Of a stretch of 64,000 nucleotides of DNA, positions 41,311 through 52,069 are shown one piece after another. Numbering within the stretch: the first letter of the stretch is position 1; each line of letters opens with the position of its first letter. This stretch comes from a virus (taxonomy: Duplodnaviria; Caudoviricetes). The notes under the pieces are model-generated. The model ran no database searches, was not told the origin of the DNA, and worked only from the letters and a program-made list of their open reading frames with translations. The stretch is from positions 1,785 through 65,784 of the IMG/VR virus record IMGVR_UViG_3300025543_000016; one strand, 5' to 3'. The position numbers and the translations under genes were made by a program.

Positions 41311-41331
41311 AAACTTTAATAATATATATTA

Positions 41332-41508
41332 TTAAGGTGTTTCTAACGCAGTAACTCTAACAGCTAATTGTTCAACTGTTGTTTGCAATGCGTTAATGTA
41401 AGTAACTAGCTCATTAATATGAGCAAATTTTGGTATTCCGTATTCTGCTTTAGTAGCGTTTGCTAATACAGAATCTTCATTAACTTGTTTAAATTTTTTA
41501 AGTGCCAT
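41332..41508 (-). CDS. Small coiled-coil protein after the capsid gene (possible head fibre/decoration protein)
   Basis: Likely start is MALKKFKQ at 41508, because the longer ORF-track start overlaps a terminator; heptad C-terminus LQTTVEQLAVRVTALE. Confidence 0.55.
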   Translation of the reverse strand: MALKKFKQVNEDSVLANATKAEYGIPKFAHINELVTYINALQTTVEQLAVRVTALETP

Positions 41509-41536
41509 GTTCTTATTTTTTTGTAATGTTAAAATT

Positions 41537-41572
41537 AAAAAAAAGGGGAGATATTTAATCATCCCCTTTTTT
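41537..41572 (-). terminator. Intrinsic terminator after the major capsid gene
   Basis: aaaagggga..tcccctttt hairpin flanked by A/T runs. Confidence 0.75.
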
Positions 41573-41584
41573 AATTATTTAATA

Positions 41585-43204
41585 CTAGAATGATCCGCCG
41601 GTAATTGGGTTTCTCATAACTATTTTAAGAACTTTAGTTGGATCTTTAACCCAGATAGCAGGCATTGTTTGTGACATCATTACTCTGTATCCATTAAAGT
41701 TACCAGATGAAGCGAACCCTTGAGTACGTCCCATATAATCCATGGTACCATTTTGATAGAACCATTTTAATTGGTTATCCCAAGACAATTTCAATAAGTG
41801 AATGTTATCATTACCACCGTCAGTGATATCAAAGATAATAAAGCTGTAAGAACTTAATGGACGTCCGTCAATTAATGGATTCTCAACATCATTAGTATGT
41901 AAGTTATCAAAAGCAGGATTCAATACAAACTTAACATTAGCTAAGAAAGGAATAGTAAAGCTTGTGTAAGCAAAACCATAATCTAAATCCATACCTTTAC
42001 CTTTAACAGCACCAATGTCAGAAGCATTCTGAACTAAACCAGAACCATATACTTCATCAGCAATAGCTTTATTAATTAATTGCATACCACCAATACCAGT
42101 TTGTACAACTAATTGACGTTGTGGATCCGGTCCTTTGAATTCAACTTTACCTTGGTAGAAGTTATATAATTCAGATTTAAACATATCTAAAGTAAATGAA
42201 GACTTGTTATATACCCTTTTAAAAGAGTTATCTAACTGTGACCATAAACCTACTGATAATCTAATATCATCTGGACCATCTTGTTTTACTCTACCACCTT
42301 TACCCCACATAAGGTAAGTTTCAATATCATTTGCAATTTTAGATAAGTGAGCTGCTTCAAGATTAGTAACAAAAGTTCTTGATAATTTACCACTTTCAAA
42401 TGCATCACGCGCTCCAGATTTACCCATTCCAGCAACTAATTCTTCAATAGAAGATACAGAAGGATTAGCAGCGTTTTGATCAAAGTTTCTCCAGATTTCA
42501 GTTACAGGAACTGTACCATCTGCATTTAAACCACCTTTGATCATTAAATCAGCACGACTAGATATTGAATAATGTACATGTGCTTCAGCTCCTCCTACAA
42601 AGTTGTAAAATTCACGGAAACCAGAACCAGTTTCAATATCAGAAAATCTTTCTCCGTATTCTCCACGGGCAGAACCTTTTCTAAAGAATTTAGTTCCTGA
42701 TGTTAAATAAGCGCTATCTAATGTAGAAGCACTATTGTTATTTACTAACTGCACAGTATAGATAAAACCATCACCAGCAGGGATAATATCATCAGCTGTA
42801 ATGTAAAGTTCTAAACCATTGTACTTGTCATAAGTAATAATATCACCATGTCCAAAAGCTCTTTTAGAAAGCTTAATTTTGAATGTAGTTCCATCAATAC
42901 CTTTTTCACTGTTTGCAGGCTCAATGTCTGCTACTACGAAAGGTAAATCTTGCGCAATTGGTGTTTGCCATTTGTACTCACCACGAGCGTTGTCTACCAT
43001 AATTGTGTTCTTTCCACCAAAAGAAGCCATTTGATAAAGGGGCATTTCAACTTTTTGAGTCATTGCCCACAAATCAACAGGTCCCATATCCATAGGCTCA
43101 GCAGAACCAAGCATTTGGGTAAGGTGATAAGAATCAACGTGAGAACTTGCTTTATAAGAAGTATCTCTAAGGAAAATTCCATTATTTAATACAGGAGTTG
43201 CCAT
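41585..43204 (-). CDS. Major capsid protein (crAss-like)
   Basis: 539 aa; order terminase-portal-scaffold-capsid; biased codon use and a strong terminator; IWVKDPTK C-terminal motif. Confidence 0.85.
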   Translation of the reverse strand: MATPVLNNGIFLRDTSYKASSHVDSYHLTQMLGSAEPMDMGPVDLWAMTQKVEMPLYQMASFGGKNTIMVDNARGEYKWQTPIAQDLPFVVADIEPANSEKGIDGTTFKIKLSKRAFGHGDIITYDKYNGLELYITADDIIPAGDGFIYTVQLVNNNSASTLDSAYLTSGTKFFRKGSARGEYGERFSDIETGSGFREFYNFVGGAEAHVHYSISSRADLMIKGGLNADGTVPVTEIWRNFDQNAANPSVSSIEELVAGMGKSGARDAFESGKLSRTFVTNLEAAHLSKIANDIETYLMWGKGGRVKQDGPDDIRLSVGLWSQLDNSFKRVYNKSSFTLDMFKSELYNFYQGKVEFKGPDPQRQLVVQTGIGGMQLINKAIADEVYGSGLVQNASDIGAVKGKGMDLDYGFAYTSFTIPFLANVKFVLNPAFDNLHTNDVENPLIDGRPLSSYSFIIFDITDGGNDNIHLLKLSWDNQLKWFYQNGTMDYMGRTQGFASSGNFNGYRVMMSQTMPAIWVKDPTKVLKIVMRNPITGGSF

Positions 43205-43244
43205 AATTGTTAATTGTTTTTGTTTGTGTTAATATAATTGTTTA

Positions 43245-44540
43245 CTAAAATCTTTTAAAAATATTATTATTTCTTTGAATTTTTCTGTTTGATTTAGAAC
43301 GTTGGTTATCACTTTCTCTTTCTTCTACCCCAAGTGATGATCCTCCAGCATTAGCTTGTTCAGTCTTAAGTTTTCTTACAGTGCTTTCAACACTTTTTTG
43401 AGCACCTTTATCCATAATTTTAGATTTATATCCATCTGGATCAGAAAGCAACCATAATGCTTCTGAAATCAAATTATAATTTGGTTCTACAAATTGATAC
43501 TTTTCTAATAAATGACCTAACAAGTTTGTATTTCTTCCACTTACAGAAGGGTAATCGGCTTTAACTAAACCATTATAAAGCATTGATTGTGTTTTTTTAT
43601 CAAGCTTTACATCTCCTAAAGAACCTTCTTTAAGTGTGTTATATACATTCTCCATATATTGATGAGATGCTTGTTCTTGTTGTTGCTTTCTCATTTGTTG
43701 TTCCTCCAACTTTTTAGCAATAACTTTTTCTTGCATCTTGTCTAACTTAGGTTTAAATTTAGCAGCTTGTTGTTCAAGCTTTCCTAAGTCTTTCCAGATT
43801 TCAATTTCTTCTGCAATCTCTTCAGCATTTCCGTAACCTGTAGCTTGTAAATAGTCTTTGATAATTGTTTCTTGGTGTGATTCATTAGTGATATCTAATG
43901 ATTTTTTTTCTTCACTTTGTGCAAGTGTTGAAAACAAACCTTTTAAATCTTGACCACCATCTGCTACATAACGCGCTGCAATTTGGAGTTCTTCCGGTAA
44001 ACTTTCAAAGAACTGTTTTGGGGTTTCTCTTCTAACTTGATTTGCTCTTTCTTCTAAATTAGCTTCTATTAGTTCCTCCCAATCTTTAGCTGTATATTCC
44101 GCTAAATCTTTATCATCATCAAAAGGAACAATTTTATCATCTTTAATAAGTTTTGTAAATACATCATTTATTCCAGTAATAGCTTTTCTTCCTCTTGTTT
44201 CTTTATTTTTTGCTTCATCATTATCTTGATCATCTTCTTCATCATTAGATAATAATTCATCAATTAATTCTTTTCCTGTTTCTTTATTATTTTTTGTTTC
44301 AATAACTGGTTTTGCAATTTCATCATCTTGATTTTCATCTTCATTAGTATCTTCATTATCACTATCTTCATTAGGATCAGTAAATGAAAAATCAGCTTTT
44401 TCTTTTACTGGACTAAATATTGATTTTGCTTTTGATTGTTCTTCTGGTAGAGTTACACTTCCAACACCTACGCCAGGATTAAACATTTCATCTAAATCAA
44501 TTTCAACTTGACTAACATTTGTTTGGTTTTTTGTTTCCAT
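43245..44540 (-). CDS. Putative scaffolding protein (crAss gene 77 position)
   Basis: Acidic low-complexity N-terminus, coiled coils and basic C-terminus; lies between portal and capsid. Confidence 0.65.
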   Translation of the reverse strand: METKNQTNVSQVEIDLDEMFNPGVGVGSVTLPEEQSKAKSIFSPVKEKADFSFTDPNEDSDNEDTNEDENQDDEIAKPVIETKNNKETGKELIDELLSNDEEDDQDNDEAKNKETRGRKAITGINDVFTKLIKDDKIVPFDDDKDLAEYTAKDWEELIEANLEERANQVRRETPKQFFESLPEELQIAARYVADGGQDLKGLFSTLAQSEEKKSLDITNESHQETIIKDYLQATGYGNAEEIAEEIEIWKDLGKLEQQAAKFKPKLDKMQEKVIAKKLEEQQMRKQQQEQASHQYMENVYNTLKEGSLGDVKLDKKTQSMLYNGLVKADYPSVSGRNTNLLGHLLEKYQFVEPNYNLISEALWLLSDPDGYKSKIMDKGAQKSVESTVRKLKTEQANAGGSSLGVEERESDNQRSKSNRKIQRNNNIFKRF

Positions 44541-44679
44541 TATATTATTGGTTTATATAATTATTAATACTTACATATATAATATAAAACTATTTATTTA
44601 AATAAACTTATAAAATGCAAGTAATTTTTATCTTTTGTTGCAGTATATAGCTATCATTAGTTTTATATGTTTTTATTAA

Positions 44680-47436
44680 TTATTTTTTATCATTTTTGCT
44701 ATTTTTAAAATCATATTTGTTTTTATTTTCTCTTGCTATTTGAAGTTGTTTGTCAGCAATTTCTCTCTTAGCGTTAAGCTCTTCTCTTTTAATTTGCAGT
44801 TTAGAATTTTCAGCGCTATTTTTTATAGATGCTTGTTCTCTTTTAAAATTAAAGTCTTCACGTCTTTCATTACTACTTCTAATATCTTTCATTGCATCTT
44901 GATAATCACTTACTTTATTTTCATTAATGTCAACTGTAGCTCCATAACCAGCAGCTCTAATTTCAGCAACTGTAATATCTTTCTGACGTTCTTTTTCATT
45001 TTCATCTAACTCACTTTGCAATTTCATTTGATATTCTTCAGTTCTTGCTTGTAATTCTTTTTCTTGCATTTCTCTTTGCTGCTGCATTTCTTGTTCTCTT
45101 AATTCACTTTGTTTAGTTTCAGCATCTTTAAGTATGTCAGTTACTTCAGCAACAGAATGAGATTTAATAATATTACCTAAATCGTAAATACTAGCACCTG
45201 AAGTATTATTTTGCATTGCTAATTGCTTTAGTTGTTCTAAAGTTTGTCTATGATTTGTTTTAGTTGTAGCAAAAACATTAAAGTCTCTTAATAGTAAATC
45301 GGTACCATTCATTGTAAAATTTACTTTTTCTGCTTCACTGCTTGTATATGATAATCTTATGCTTGGATTTTTGCTGTGATAGTATTGAGATAAATCAGTA
45401 CGCATTTGATGAACTCTTGGCATTAAATGATCGCAATGTTGAGTAAAGTAAACTTCAGTTTGAGCGTAGGATTGATTTAAAGCTTGGGTTACACCAGTAG
45501 CAGTTTCTTGAGCAATTGGAGCACCTAATCTTTCAGGATTAATACCTATTGATTCAAATGCTTGTTGCTTAAAATAATTAGCTAATTGTATTCTAGACAT
45601 TAATCTACCAGTTTGCTCCATATTAAGAGTTTGATAATGATTAAAGTTTGTAGCATTTTCAGTGTTTGTTATAGATGTATCTAAAGGTAACATTTGAAAA
45701 TCTTTCATTGCAACAAATGCTTTACTATAATTACCCTTACCCCAATCTTCTCCCATTGAATGTCTAGGTAAAGCATTCTGATCAAACATTATAATTGTAC
45801 CTAATTCATCAACAAGTATATCTGCAATTTGATTGTTTACCATGTTATAACCAATCTGAAATGATTTCATTAAATCAATTAATGATGTAGATCTAGTATT
45901 ACGATCAGAAAATACTCTGCCTTCAACGGGTAATTTACAACCATATAAAGTTGAATCACCTTTAAACTGAAAAGGTATTCTTCCTGGATGTGCCTTATTT
46001 ATACCTAAATATATAGGGCTTATATTATCTGAGGCTTCGGTGCGCCATGTCATTGGTAAGTTAGGACCTAACTTAACACCACCCCATGTTTCATTAATCC
46101 ATATCCAATCTATATGTTCACCATATAAAAGATTTTCTTTATTTTTATTTTTAAACAATGATGTATCATAAATTGGTTTTTCAGTAATAATATATGTTTC
46201 ATCTATAATTTCTTGAAATACTTCACCATCTTCTGTTATTTTTACTAAATGTCCTACTTTACGTTGAGTTTTCCAATATATAGTTGATACCCTCATTAAA
46301 GAACTTTCTCCCCACGTTGGTAAATCTTCTCCTTCATTAAGAATTTTATTTAAAATATCATCACCTAAAGTTTTACCATGTTGTGTATTACTCATAAACT
46401 GTCTGTAAGACAAACTTGGTGAATCAGTATTCCAACTATGTGATTTGGTAGCATCATAGTATGCTCCATCATTTTGATAACCATTTAATTGATATTGAGC
46501 TCCTGATTTAGGATGTATTTCTTGAAGTGAACGTAATTGTTTTTCATCCATTAAATAACCATACTTATCTATAACATCAGCAACCGTCATTAAATCAAGT
46601 TTACCTACATAATTTGATTCTGATATATATCTTGTATCCGGAGATTTATGATAAAATGTAAGTACGGGATTCCACAATTCAACATCATAATCATCTTCCA
46701 TCATTCTAAAATGCCAAAATTCTCTATCTGTAATAAGCATATCACGAAAACCTCTTTCTTCTAACTCAGCCATTTTAAATCTTTCTTCATCAACTGTAGT
46801 TTGATGTGTGGCCCATTCTTCAACTAAAGATCTATAATCTTTAGAGAAAAATTCTTCAATTTCAGGAAGAGTTTTTAAATTTTCAGGAGCAAGTCTTTTT
46901 TGAATTTCAGGATCTTCCATGTCAGCACCCATTTCTAACATGTTAAGAATCATTTTATTAGCCGCATCAGCTAATAAATTTTCTTCTATTTGTGTTCTTT
47001 TTTGCTCAAGCATTTCATTATAAGATAAATCATCTACAGCTCTAAATTGAACTTTAGAATATCTTTTAGAAAATTCTCCTGATAATACATTTATTACACT
47101 TGGAATAATAGGATAGAATTTAAGCTCTAAAGCTGATTCATCTTCTTTAGTTAATACATCAACTAAATCTTTATATTCATTATCTTCTTCAACTATATAA
47201 TCTGTTTTATCTATAATACCTTTTGCAAGTTTATAGTTTTTTAACATTTTTCTTGAATTTTGTTTTAAGAAATTCATACCTTGAACTTCTAACCAATCCA
47301 AATTCCAAGCAGCCCAATTAGCATCTTTTTTTTTAGCGGAAATAAACTGTATGGGTTGGGTTAAACTGTTGCTAGCACTATAACTACTTTCGGCTTTAGC
47401 ACCATTTTTTAATTGCATTGCATTAAATACTTTCAT
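44680..47436 (-). CDS. Portal protein
   Basis: 918 aa directly after the terminase; FYPIIPSVINVLSGE, WIWINETWGG and GINPERLG motifs; coiled-coil C-terminus. Confidence 0.85.
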   Translation of the reverse strand: MKVFNAMQLKNGAKAESSYSASNSLTQPIQFISAKKKDANWAAWNLDWLEVQGMNFLKQNSRKMLKNYKLAKGIIDKTDYIVEEDNEYKDLVDVLTKEDESALELKFYPIIPSVINVLSGEFSKRYSKVQFRAVDDLSYNEMLEQKRTQIEENLLADAANKMILNMLEMGADMEDPEIQKRLAPENLKTLPEIEEFFSKDYRSLVEEWATHQTTVDEERFKMAELEERGFRDMLITDREFWHFRMMEDDYDVELWNPVLTFYHKSPDTRYISESNYVGKLDLMTVADVIDKYGYLMDEKQLRSLQEIHPKSGAQYQLNGYQNDGAYYDATKSHSWNTDSPSLSYRQFMSNTQHGKTLGDDILNKILNEGEDLPTWGESSLMRVSTIYWKTQRKVGHLVKITEDGEVFQEIIDETYIITEKPIYDTSLFKNKNKENLLYGEHIDWIWINETWGGVKLGPNLPMTWRTEASDNISPIYLGINKAHPGRIPFQFKGDSTLYGCKLPVEGRVFSDRNTRSTSLIDLMKSFQIGYNMVNNQIADILVDELGTIIMFDQNALPRHSMGEDWGKGNYSKAFVAMKDFQMLPLDTSITNTENATNFNHYQTLNMEQTGRLMSRIQLANYFKQQAFESIGINPERLGAPIAQETATGVTQALNQSYAQTEVYFTQHCDHLMPRVHQMRTDLSQYYHSKNPSIRLSYTSSEAEKVNFTMNGTDLLLRDFNVFATTKTNHRQTLEQLKQLAMQNNTSGASIYDLGNIIKSHSVAEVTDILKDAETKQSELREQEMQQQREMQEKELQARTEEYQMKLQSELDENEKERQKDITVAEIRAAGYGATVDINENKVSDYQDAMKDIRSSNERREDFNFKREQASIKNSAENSKLQIKREELNAKREIADKQLQIARENKNKYDFKNSKNDKK

Positions 47437-47438
47437 AC

Positions 47439-49625
47439 TTATCTAAAATTTTTATATGCTGATCTTTTGATCTTCAGACCACCAATTGCAGTTTTTCTTT
47501 TTCCTATATTACTAAACGGACTATACTTTAATTTATACAAATTTTTTGACTTATCCAAGTTATTATCGTCAGATTCAGTTCTTTTTAAATAACCTCTGTT
47601 TGATTGTTGTATTCTAACAAAAGCAATTAATGCAGAAAAAGCAACAAGTCTATCTACGTTTAACCCAGGATAATAAGCTAACATTTCCGTAAGTAACATT
47701 TTATCAGGTATTCTTTCAATACCTAAAGTTGTACTTAAAATATTACCATCAACATCTGTTTCTTCATCTATTTCTTCTCTTAAAAATTCAATTGCATAAG
47801 AAATAAGATGTTGTTTAAATAAAGTTCCTGTATTTTTCCAACCATATTCTTGATATACAGTTTTGTTTGAGCCAAGATCTTTTAGAAAAAGAATTTGTTG
47901 TTTTGGTACAAGATATTTTTGCTTTCTTTTAGCAATCATGTGTTGTATAAATAATGAAATATTATTTTCAACAAGAGTCCACGCATTAAACCATTCAATA
48001 ATTAATTCTAATTGTTCATGTGTTTTATTAATATCATCATATCTACCGCACCAAGCAGCTACAATTTTATCACCTTCAATAAAGCGTTCTAAGCCATTAG
48101 AAGTTTCTCTAGTAACCTCAACACTATTCTTATAGACAAAGATTGAACAGAGAGAGTCTGAGGTAGTTGTTTTACCTTCTGATACGGGATCCACAGATGC
48201 ATAATAAGCTCCAAATCCAGGATTAGCTACGGGTCTTTCCCATACAACAAGACATCCTGTTTTGTCTTGCATTTTTTTATCTACTGGAAATTTATTAATT
48301 GGTAATTTATTAGAGCGTTTTACATTAATACTTTCATTAGTTCTTTCAAGTTCTATATGCTCAAAAGCATATTCTTTATCTTCAATTTTTTTAAGTTGTT
48401 TGGATATAATACCTTGAGGAAATAAAGATTCATTTCTATAAGCAAATGCTTCTGCTATGTTAGTAGGTTTTTGTGATATACGTAATTGATATTGTTCAGC
48501 ATTAAGTTCTGATTTCCATCTTTTTCTTTCTAAAGCAATTGCTTCTAACGCATCTTCAATTAATGAGTTGCCATATTTATCTATATGTGGAGGCATTGAC
48601 CATTGTTCAGGTATAAATAAACCTGAAATACCAATAGTTCCATCTTTATCTAAAAGGTTGGTTTTTACAGGGTAAATATCATTGTTAATTGGATTCATTA
48701 CCATATCTTTCAATGGTTCACATTGATTTAAATCCCCCACAGATCCTGCTGCAATAAACATACCTGTTGTAATCATACCCGAAGACATTGCTGGACGCAA
48801 GTATTCATATGTCTGCATCATCTTAGGTGCAATACCAGCTTCTTCATGAAAGAAATAAGTTGTTGGTCCTCCTACACCGGCTGTTGCATTTTTTTCAAAA
48901 GATGCACCCTGTATTTTAGATTTTAATCCTCTTGATGTTTTTCTATTACCTATTTTAACTTCAATTTGTTGTTGCCATAGTAAAACTTTTTCTGGATTAC
49001 TTGGTCTATACCAGGCAGTATGTTCATTAAGAAATGTTTTATATTCATCTAAGAACTTCCAAGATCCTTTATCATTAATGTAATCTTTTAATGAAGCTCC
49101 TATTTTACATGTACTACCTTCTTCAAACCAATAAGTATTAATAAGCTTACCCATGTGAAAATATGAAGAAGCTATTTGACGTTTTTTTAATATAGCTGAA
49201 TGTTTGTAATGTAACTCTGCTAATAACTCATATAAAGCCATATGATACTGAGCATCACGTACTTTAGCAAAACCATACTTTTTTTCTTCTTTATCATAAA
49301 TAGGTAAAAAGTTTAACCACATATAATAATCACGGGTTAAATACCAAGTAAGGGGTCCATCTTTGTAAATGACCCCTTCTCTGCATTTATCTTTTTCTTC
49401 ATTCCAATATATAATAAAATCTTTAGATCTAAATGGAGCTAAACAATAAACACCTTCATTATTAAATCTTCTTGCTTGTAGATTAAATAACTTTGACATT
49501 TCTGTAAATTGATATTCTCCAGGCTCTTTAAAAATTGATTTTATAAACGTAATAAAATCTTCTTGTGTTTCAAACTCTGTTGATACCCATTCACCATTAT
49601 CATACGTTGGAATAATTTTAAACAT
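47439..49625 (-). CDS. terL: Terminase large subunit
   Basis: LKKRQIASSY Walker A-like motif, FFHEEAG Walker B, and RNase H-like nuclease motifs ASVDPV, VENN and NVDRL. Confidence 0.9.
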   Translation of the reverse strand: MFKIIPTYDNGEWVSTEFETQEDFITFIKSIFKEPGEYQFTEMSKLFNLQARRFNNEGVYCLAPFRSKDFIIYWNEEKDKCREGVIYKDGPLTWYLTRDYYMWLNFLPIYDKEEKKYGFAKVRDAQYHMALYELLAELHYKHSAILKKRQIASSYFHMGKLINTYWFEEGSTCKIGASLKDYINDKGSWKFLDEYKTFLNEHTAWYRPSNPEKVLLWQQQIEVKIGNRKTSRGLKSKIQGASFEKNATAGVGGPTTYFFHEEAGIAPKMMQTYEYLRPAMSSGMITTGMFIAAGSVGDLNQCEPLKDMVMNPINNDIYPVKTNLLDKDGTIGISGLFIPEQWSMPPHIDKYGNSLIEDALEAIALERKRWKSELNAEQYQLRISQKPTNIAEAFAYRNESLFPQGIISKQLKKIEDKEYAFEHIELERTNESINVKRSNKLPINKFPVDKKMQDKTGCLVVWERPVANPGFGAYYASVDPVSEGKTTTSDSLCSIFVYKNSVEVTRETSNGLERFIEGDKIVAAWCGRYDDINKTHEQLELIIEWFNAWTLVENNISLFIQHMIAKRKQKYLVPKQQILFLKDLGSNKTVYQEYGWKNTGTLFKQHLISYAIEFLREEIDEETDVDGNILSTTLGIERIPDKMLLTEMLAYYPGLNVDRLVAFSALIAFVRIQQSNRGYLKRTESDDNNLDKSKNLYKLKYSPFSNIGKRKTAIGGLKIKRSAYKNFR

Positions 49626-49915
49626 TAAGCTTCTTCTATTACGGCAAAAACATCACCTATATTAATTAATAAGTGTTTTTCACCGTTATGTTTCATTTGA
49701 GTTGGTACACAAAAATCAGCATATTGTATAGTATCTCCTACTTTAATTTCTCCCGCTTCCATTACATCTTTACCTACAGCTATAACAATTCCTTTATATT
49801 CTTTTTCTAAAGCCATATCAGGAATTATAATGTTTGTACCCGGCACAAATTTACTTTGCTCTGCTGTTTTTATTAAAACTTTCTTTCCTATTGGTTTTAC
49901 TATTAATTTTTTCAT
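49625..49915 (-). CDS. groES: Co-chaperonin GroES-like protein
   Basis: VKPIGKKVLIK..IIIPD..GIVIAVG..IKVGDTI..LLINIGDVFAVI. Confidence 0.85.
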   Translation of the reverse strand: MKKLIVKPIGKKVLIKTAEQSKFVPGTNIIIPDMALEKEYKGIVIAVGKDVMEAGEIKVGDTIQYADFCVPTQMKHNGEKHLLINIGDVFAVIEEA

Positions 49916-49994
49916 CTTTATTATTTTTTAATTTATCATTAAATACAAAATCATCCCAGTAACAAAATACCCAGTTATCTTTTTTTTCTAACAT
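49851..49994 (-). CDS. Possible small protein (47 aa) overlapping the start of groES
   Basis: MLEKKDNWVFCYWDDFVF...; ATG right after the stop of 49996-50514. Confidence 0.3.
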   Translation of the reverse strand: MLEKKDNWVFCYWDDFVFNDKLKNNKDEKINSKTNRKESFNKNSRAK

Positions 49995-49995
49995 T

Positions 49996-50514
49996 TTAAA
50001 TTTGATCATAAGCTAATCCAGCGCCACCTCTTACTGAACTTTGTTGTTCTTGTTGCATATCATTAAAAGCTCCTTTATAAGAGTTACGTATTTGTTCAAA
50101 TTTAGCTGCTGCATTTACCATAGAATTAATGTTACCATCTCTACCATGCTCAATAGCTGTAGTTTCCATATATCTAGCTAATCTATCAAGCATAGATTTA
50201 ATTCCTTTGTATGCTCTATAAGTTGGCGTTTCATAAAGCTTAATACACATTTCCATTGAGTATCTAATTTTAGCATCTTCTGGAGATTCTTCTAATCCTA
50301 TTTGCTCTATAATTAAATCTTCTTTTTCATGTTCAGGTACATTAAAAAATGGGTTTAAATCTGGATTAGGGCAACTCATATAAAATAAGTATTGATATAT
50401 TGACATATAAGTATCAGGATAATCTTGCATTAAATCTTTTAAAAATGTTAAAGTATAGCAATGTTCTGTTGGTATTACTTTACCGTTTTGTATGTCAAAT
50501 AACTTTACTATCAT
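49996..50514 (-). CDS. Conserved phage protein; possible terminase small subunit
   Basis: Helical 172-aa protein just upstream of groES/terL, ending VRGGAGLAYDQ; function inferred from position only. Confidence 0.4.
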   Translation of the reverse strand: MIVKLFDIQNGKVIPTEHCYTLTFLKDLMQDYPDTYMSIYQYLFYMSCPNPDLNPFFNVPEHEKEDLIIEQIGLEESPEDAKIRYSMEMCIKLYETPTYRAYKGIKSMLDRLARYMETTAIEHGRDGNINSMVNAAAKFEQIRNSYKGAFNDMQQEQQSSVRGGAGLAYDQI

Positions 50515-51326
50515 TTTTTATGATCTTTAAACCACATTATAAGATTATTAACTTCATCTTTTAAATACGGTACATTATACATTTTAATTTTTTCTATCAT
50601 AGGTTCTCCGTTTTCTATTTTAGAAATAGGATAACCATGAGCATCTTCACCTACAGTTTGAAATTTAACATGTTGAACTACAAGCTTTCCTATTTTTAGT
50701 TTAGGGTTGTGCTTTTTAATAATATACGCATAAATACTGAGTTGTAAGTTATAATGATTTAAATTACAATCATCTAAATTATTTACAGGTTTAAACATTT
50801 TAGAAGTAATACCTTCCCAATTAGTAAATCCTTTTTCTTTAATTTCTTTGTTTGTTTTGTAATCTGTAATGTTTATTTCACCATTAACAACTTCAACTAA
50901 GTCAGCTTGACCGCAAATACCTAAAGACTTTAAGTATACAAAATGTTCTGGATATACACCATCTTTTAGTTTTTGATCAGGTGCTGTTTTAACACCATCC
51001 TCACTTACTAAAGGTTTTATGATAGGTAATTCAACACCTTCACGACCAATTGTTTGAAGATCAAGTAAATCTGATTCACGTTGATTGTGATACCAGTTAC
51101 CTAAACCGATAGCTCTTTGAGTTTCAGATTCCCATGCAGCTAATATTTCTTTTTCAGTCATACCAAACCATTTAGAATTTTTATTCTTAGCTGATTTTTT
51201 AGCTTGACCTTTTGCATCAAATTTAGGTTTAAACATTCCTATAAAGGATGTTACACTTGTCCAATCTATTTGATCTTGGTCATTACTTTCGTAAACGTGA
51301 CCTTCTTCTTTAAATATTACACTCAT
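50511..51326 (-). CDS. PD-(D/E)xK exonuclease
   Basis: SVTSFIG..GNWYH..GQADLV..ITDYKT..YNLQLSIY; likely start MSVIFKEEGH at 51326. Confidence 0.8.
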   Translation of the reverse strand: MSVIFKEEGHVYESNDQDQIDWTSVTSFIGMFKPKFDAKGQAKKSAKNKNSKWFGMTEKEILAAWESETQRAIGLGNWYHNQRESDLLDLQTIGREGVELPIIKPLVSEDGVKTAPDQKLKDGVYPEHFVYLKSLGICGQADLVEVVNGEINITDYKTNKEIKEKGFTNWEGITSKMFKPVNNLDDCNLNHYNLQLSIYAYIIKKHNPKLKIGKLVVQHVKFQTVGEDAHGYPISKIENGEPMIEKIKMYNVPYLKDEVNNLIMWFKDHKK

Positions 51327-51328
51327 AT

Positions 51329-51415
51329 TTATGTTATTGTTGCGTACCACCAATAACCTTCTTGGTTAGTAATAATACTGGTTATTTTATCTTTGTATAT
51401 GTAATTAATTTGCAT
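51329..51415 (-). CDS. Possible 28-aa peptide
   Basis: MQINYIYKDKITSIITNQEGYWWYATIT*; start overlaps the upstream stop and the ORF fills the gap. Confidence 0.4.
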   Translation of the reverse strand: MQINYIYKDKITSIITNQEGYWWYATIT

Positions 51416-51714
51416 TATTTTAATTTTTCTTCTTGTTCTTCTGTTAATAAAGCTAACCATTTTTCTTTTGGACAAGCTGATGATGGAGATCTAACTTTAA
51501 ACTTAAGACTGCATCCGCAATCACTACAACAAGGTTGTGTTCCAGGTGCAAAACAATTATCACCTTTATTATCAATAAATTCACAACTATTACAAATATC
51601 CATTCTTGTAGTTGCCATAATTTCTATATGCTCTTTTTTAAAAATAGTATTAAAAGTTCCTTCATAGATCTTATCTATATTTTTAATTGCATCAAGTATG
51701 TTTTTAATTTTCAT
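51415..51714 (-). CDS. Small Cys-rich Zn-binding protein
   Basis: RMDICNSC..C..PCCSDCGC..SACPKEKW; likely start MKIKNILD. Confidence 0.65.
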   Translation of the reverse strand: MKIKNILDAIKNIDKIYEGTFNTIFKKEHIEIMATTRMDICNSCEFIDNKGDNCFAPGTQPCCSDCGCSLKFKVRSPSSACPKEKWLALLTEEQEEKLK

Positions 51715-52069
51715 TCTTTTTGGCTTTAAAGTTTTTTCTTTCTTCATGCAGCTCATTCATTTTTGTTTTTGCTTTTTCAAGCAATTCTAACTTTTCTATA
51801 ACACCCAAATGTTTTTTATATCCATTAAAAGTATTTTTTTCAAGGTTACCTAAACAGCTTTTATTTTTTTTAATTGCGTTATCTAGCTTTTGTTTTCTTA
51901 ATGTAAAAATACCCAAACCAAAAACAGATATGTTTGGGTATTCTACATTCGATAAACTGCTTCTTAGCTTGCTATAATAAAAAGCGACAAAATCATCTAC
52001 AACATCTTGATGAACTCCTACTTTATTAGCGATACCTGTTTTAAATTCTTTATAATGCTTTGGTCTCAA
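51704..52069 (-). CDS. HU/IHF-like DNA-binding protein
   Basis: IANKVGVHQDVVDDFV..NISVFGLGIFTLR HU-like pattern. Confidence 0.6.
   Translation of the reverse strand: MRPKHYKEFKTGIANKVGVHQDVVDDFVAFYYSKLRSSLSNVEYPNISVFGLGIFTLRKQKLDNAIKKNKSCLGNLEKNTFNGYKKHLGVIEKLELLEKAKTKMNELHEERKNFKAKKNEN

Noticed and set aside
47439-49625. Intein or intron in the terminase
   Set aside because: The ORF is continuous, of ordinary length, and shows no intein or homing-endonuclease motifs
10858-51977. Short plus-strand ORFs (10858, 21868, 27843, 28880, 29317, 29792, 31519, 42950, 44740, 47863, 51362, 51535, 51720) and nested minus-strand ORFs (31088, 34672)
   Set aside because: They are antisense or out-of-frame shadows of well-supported genes, with no recognisable motifs
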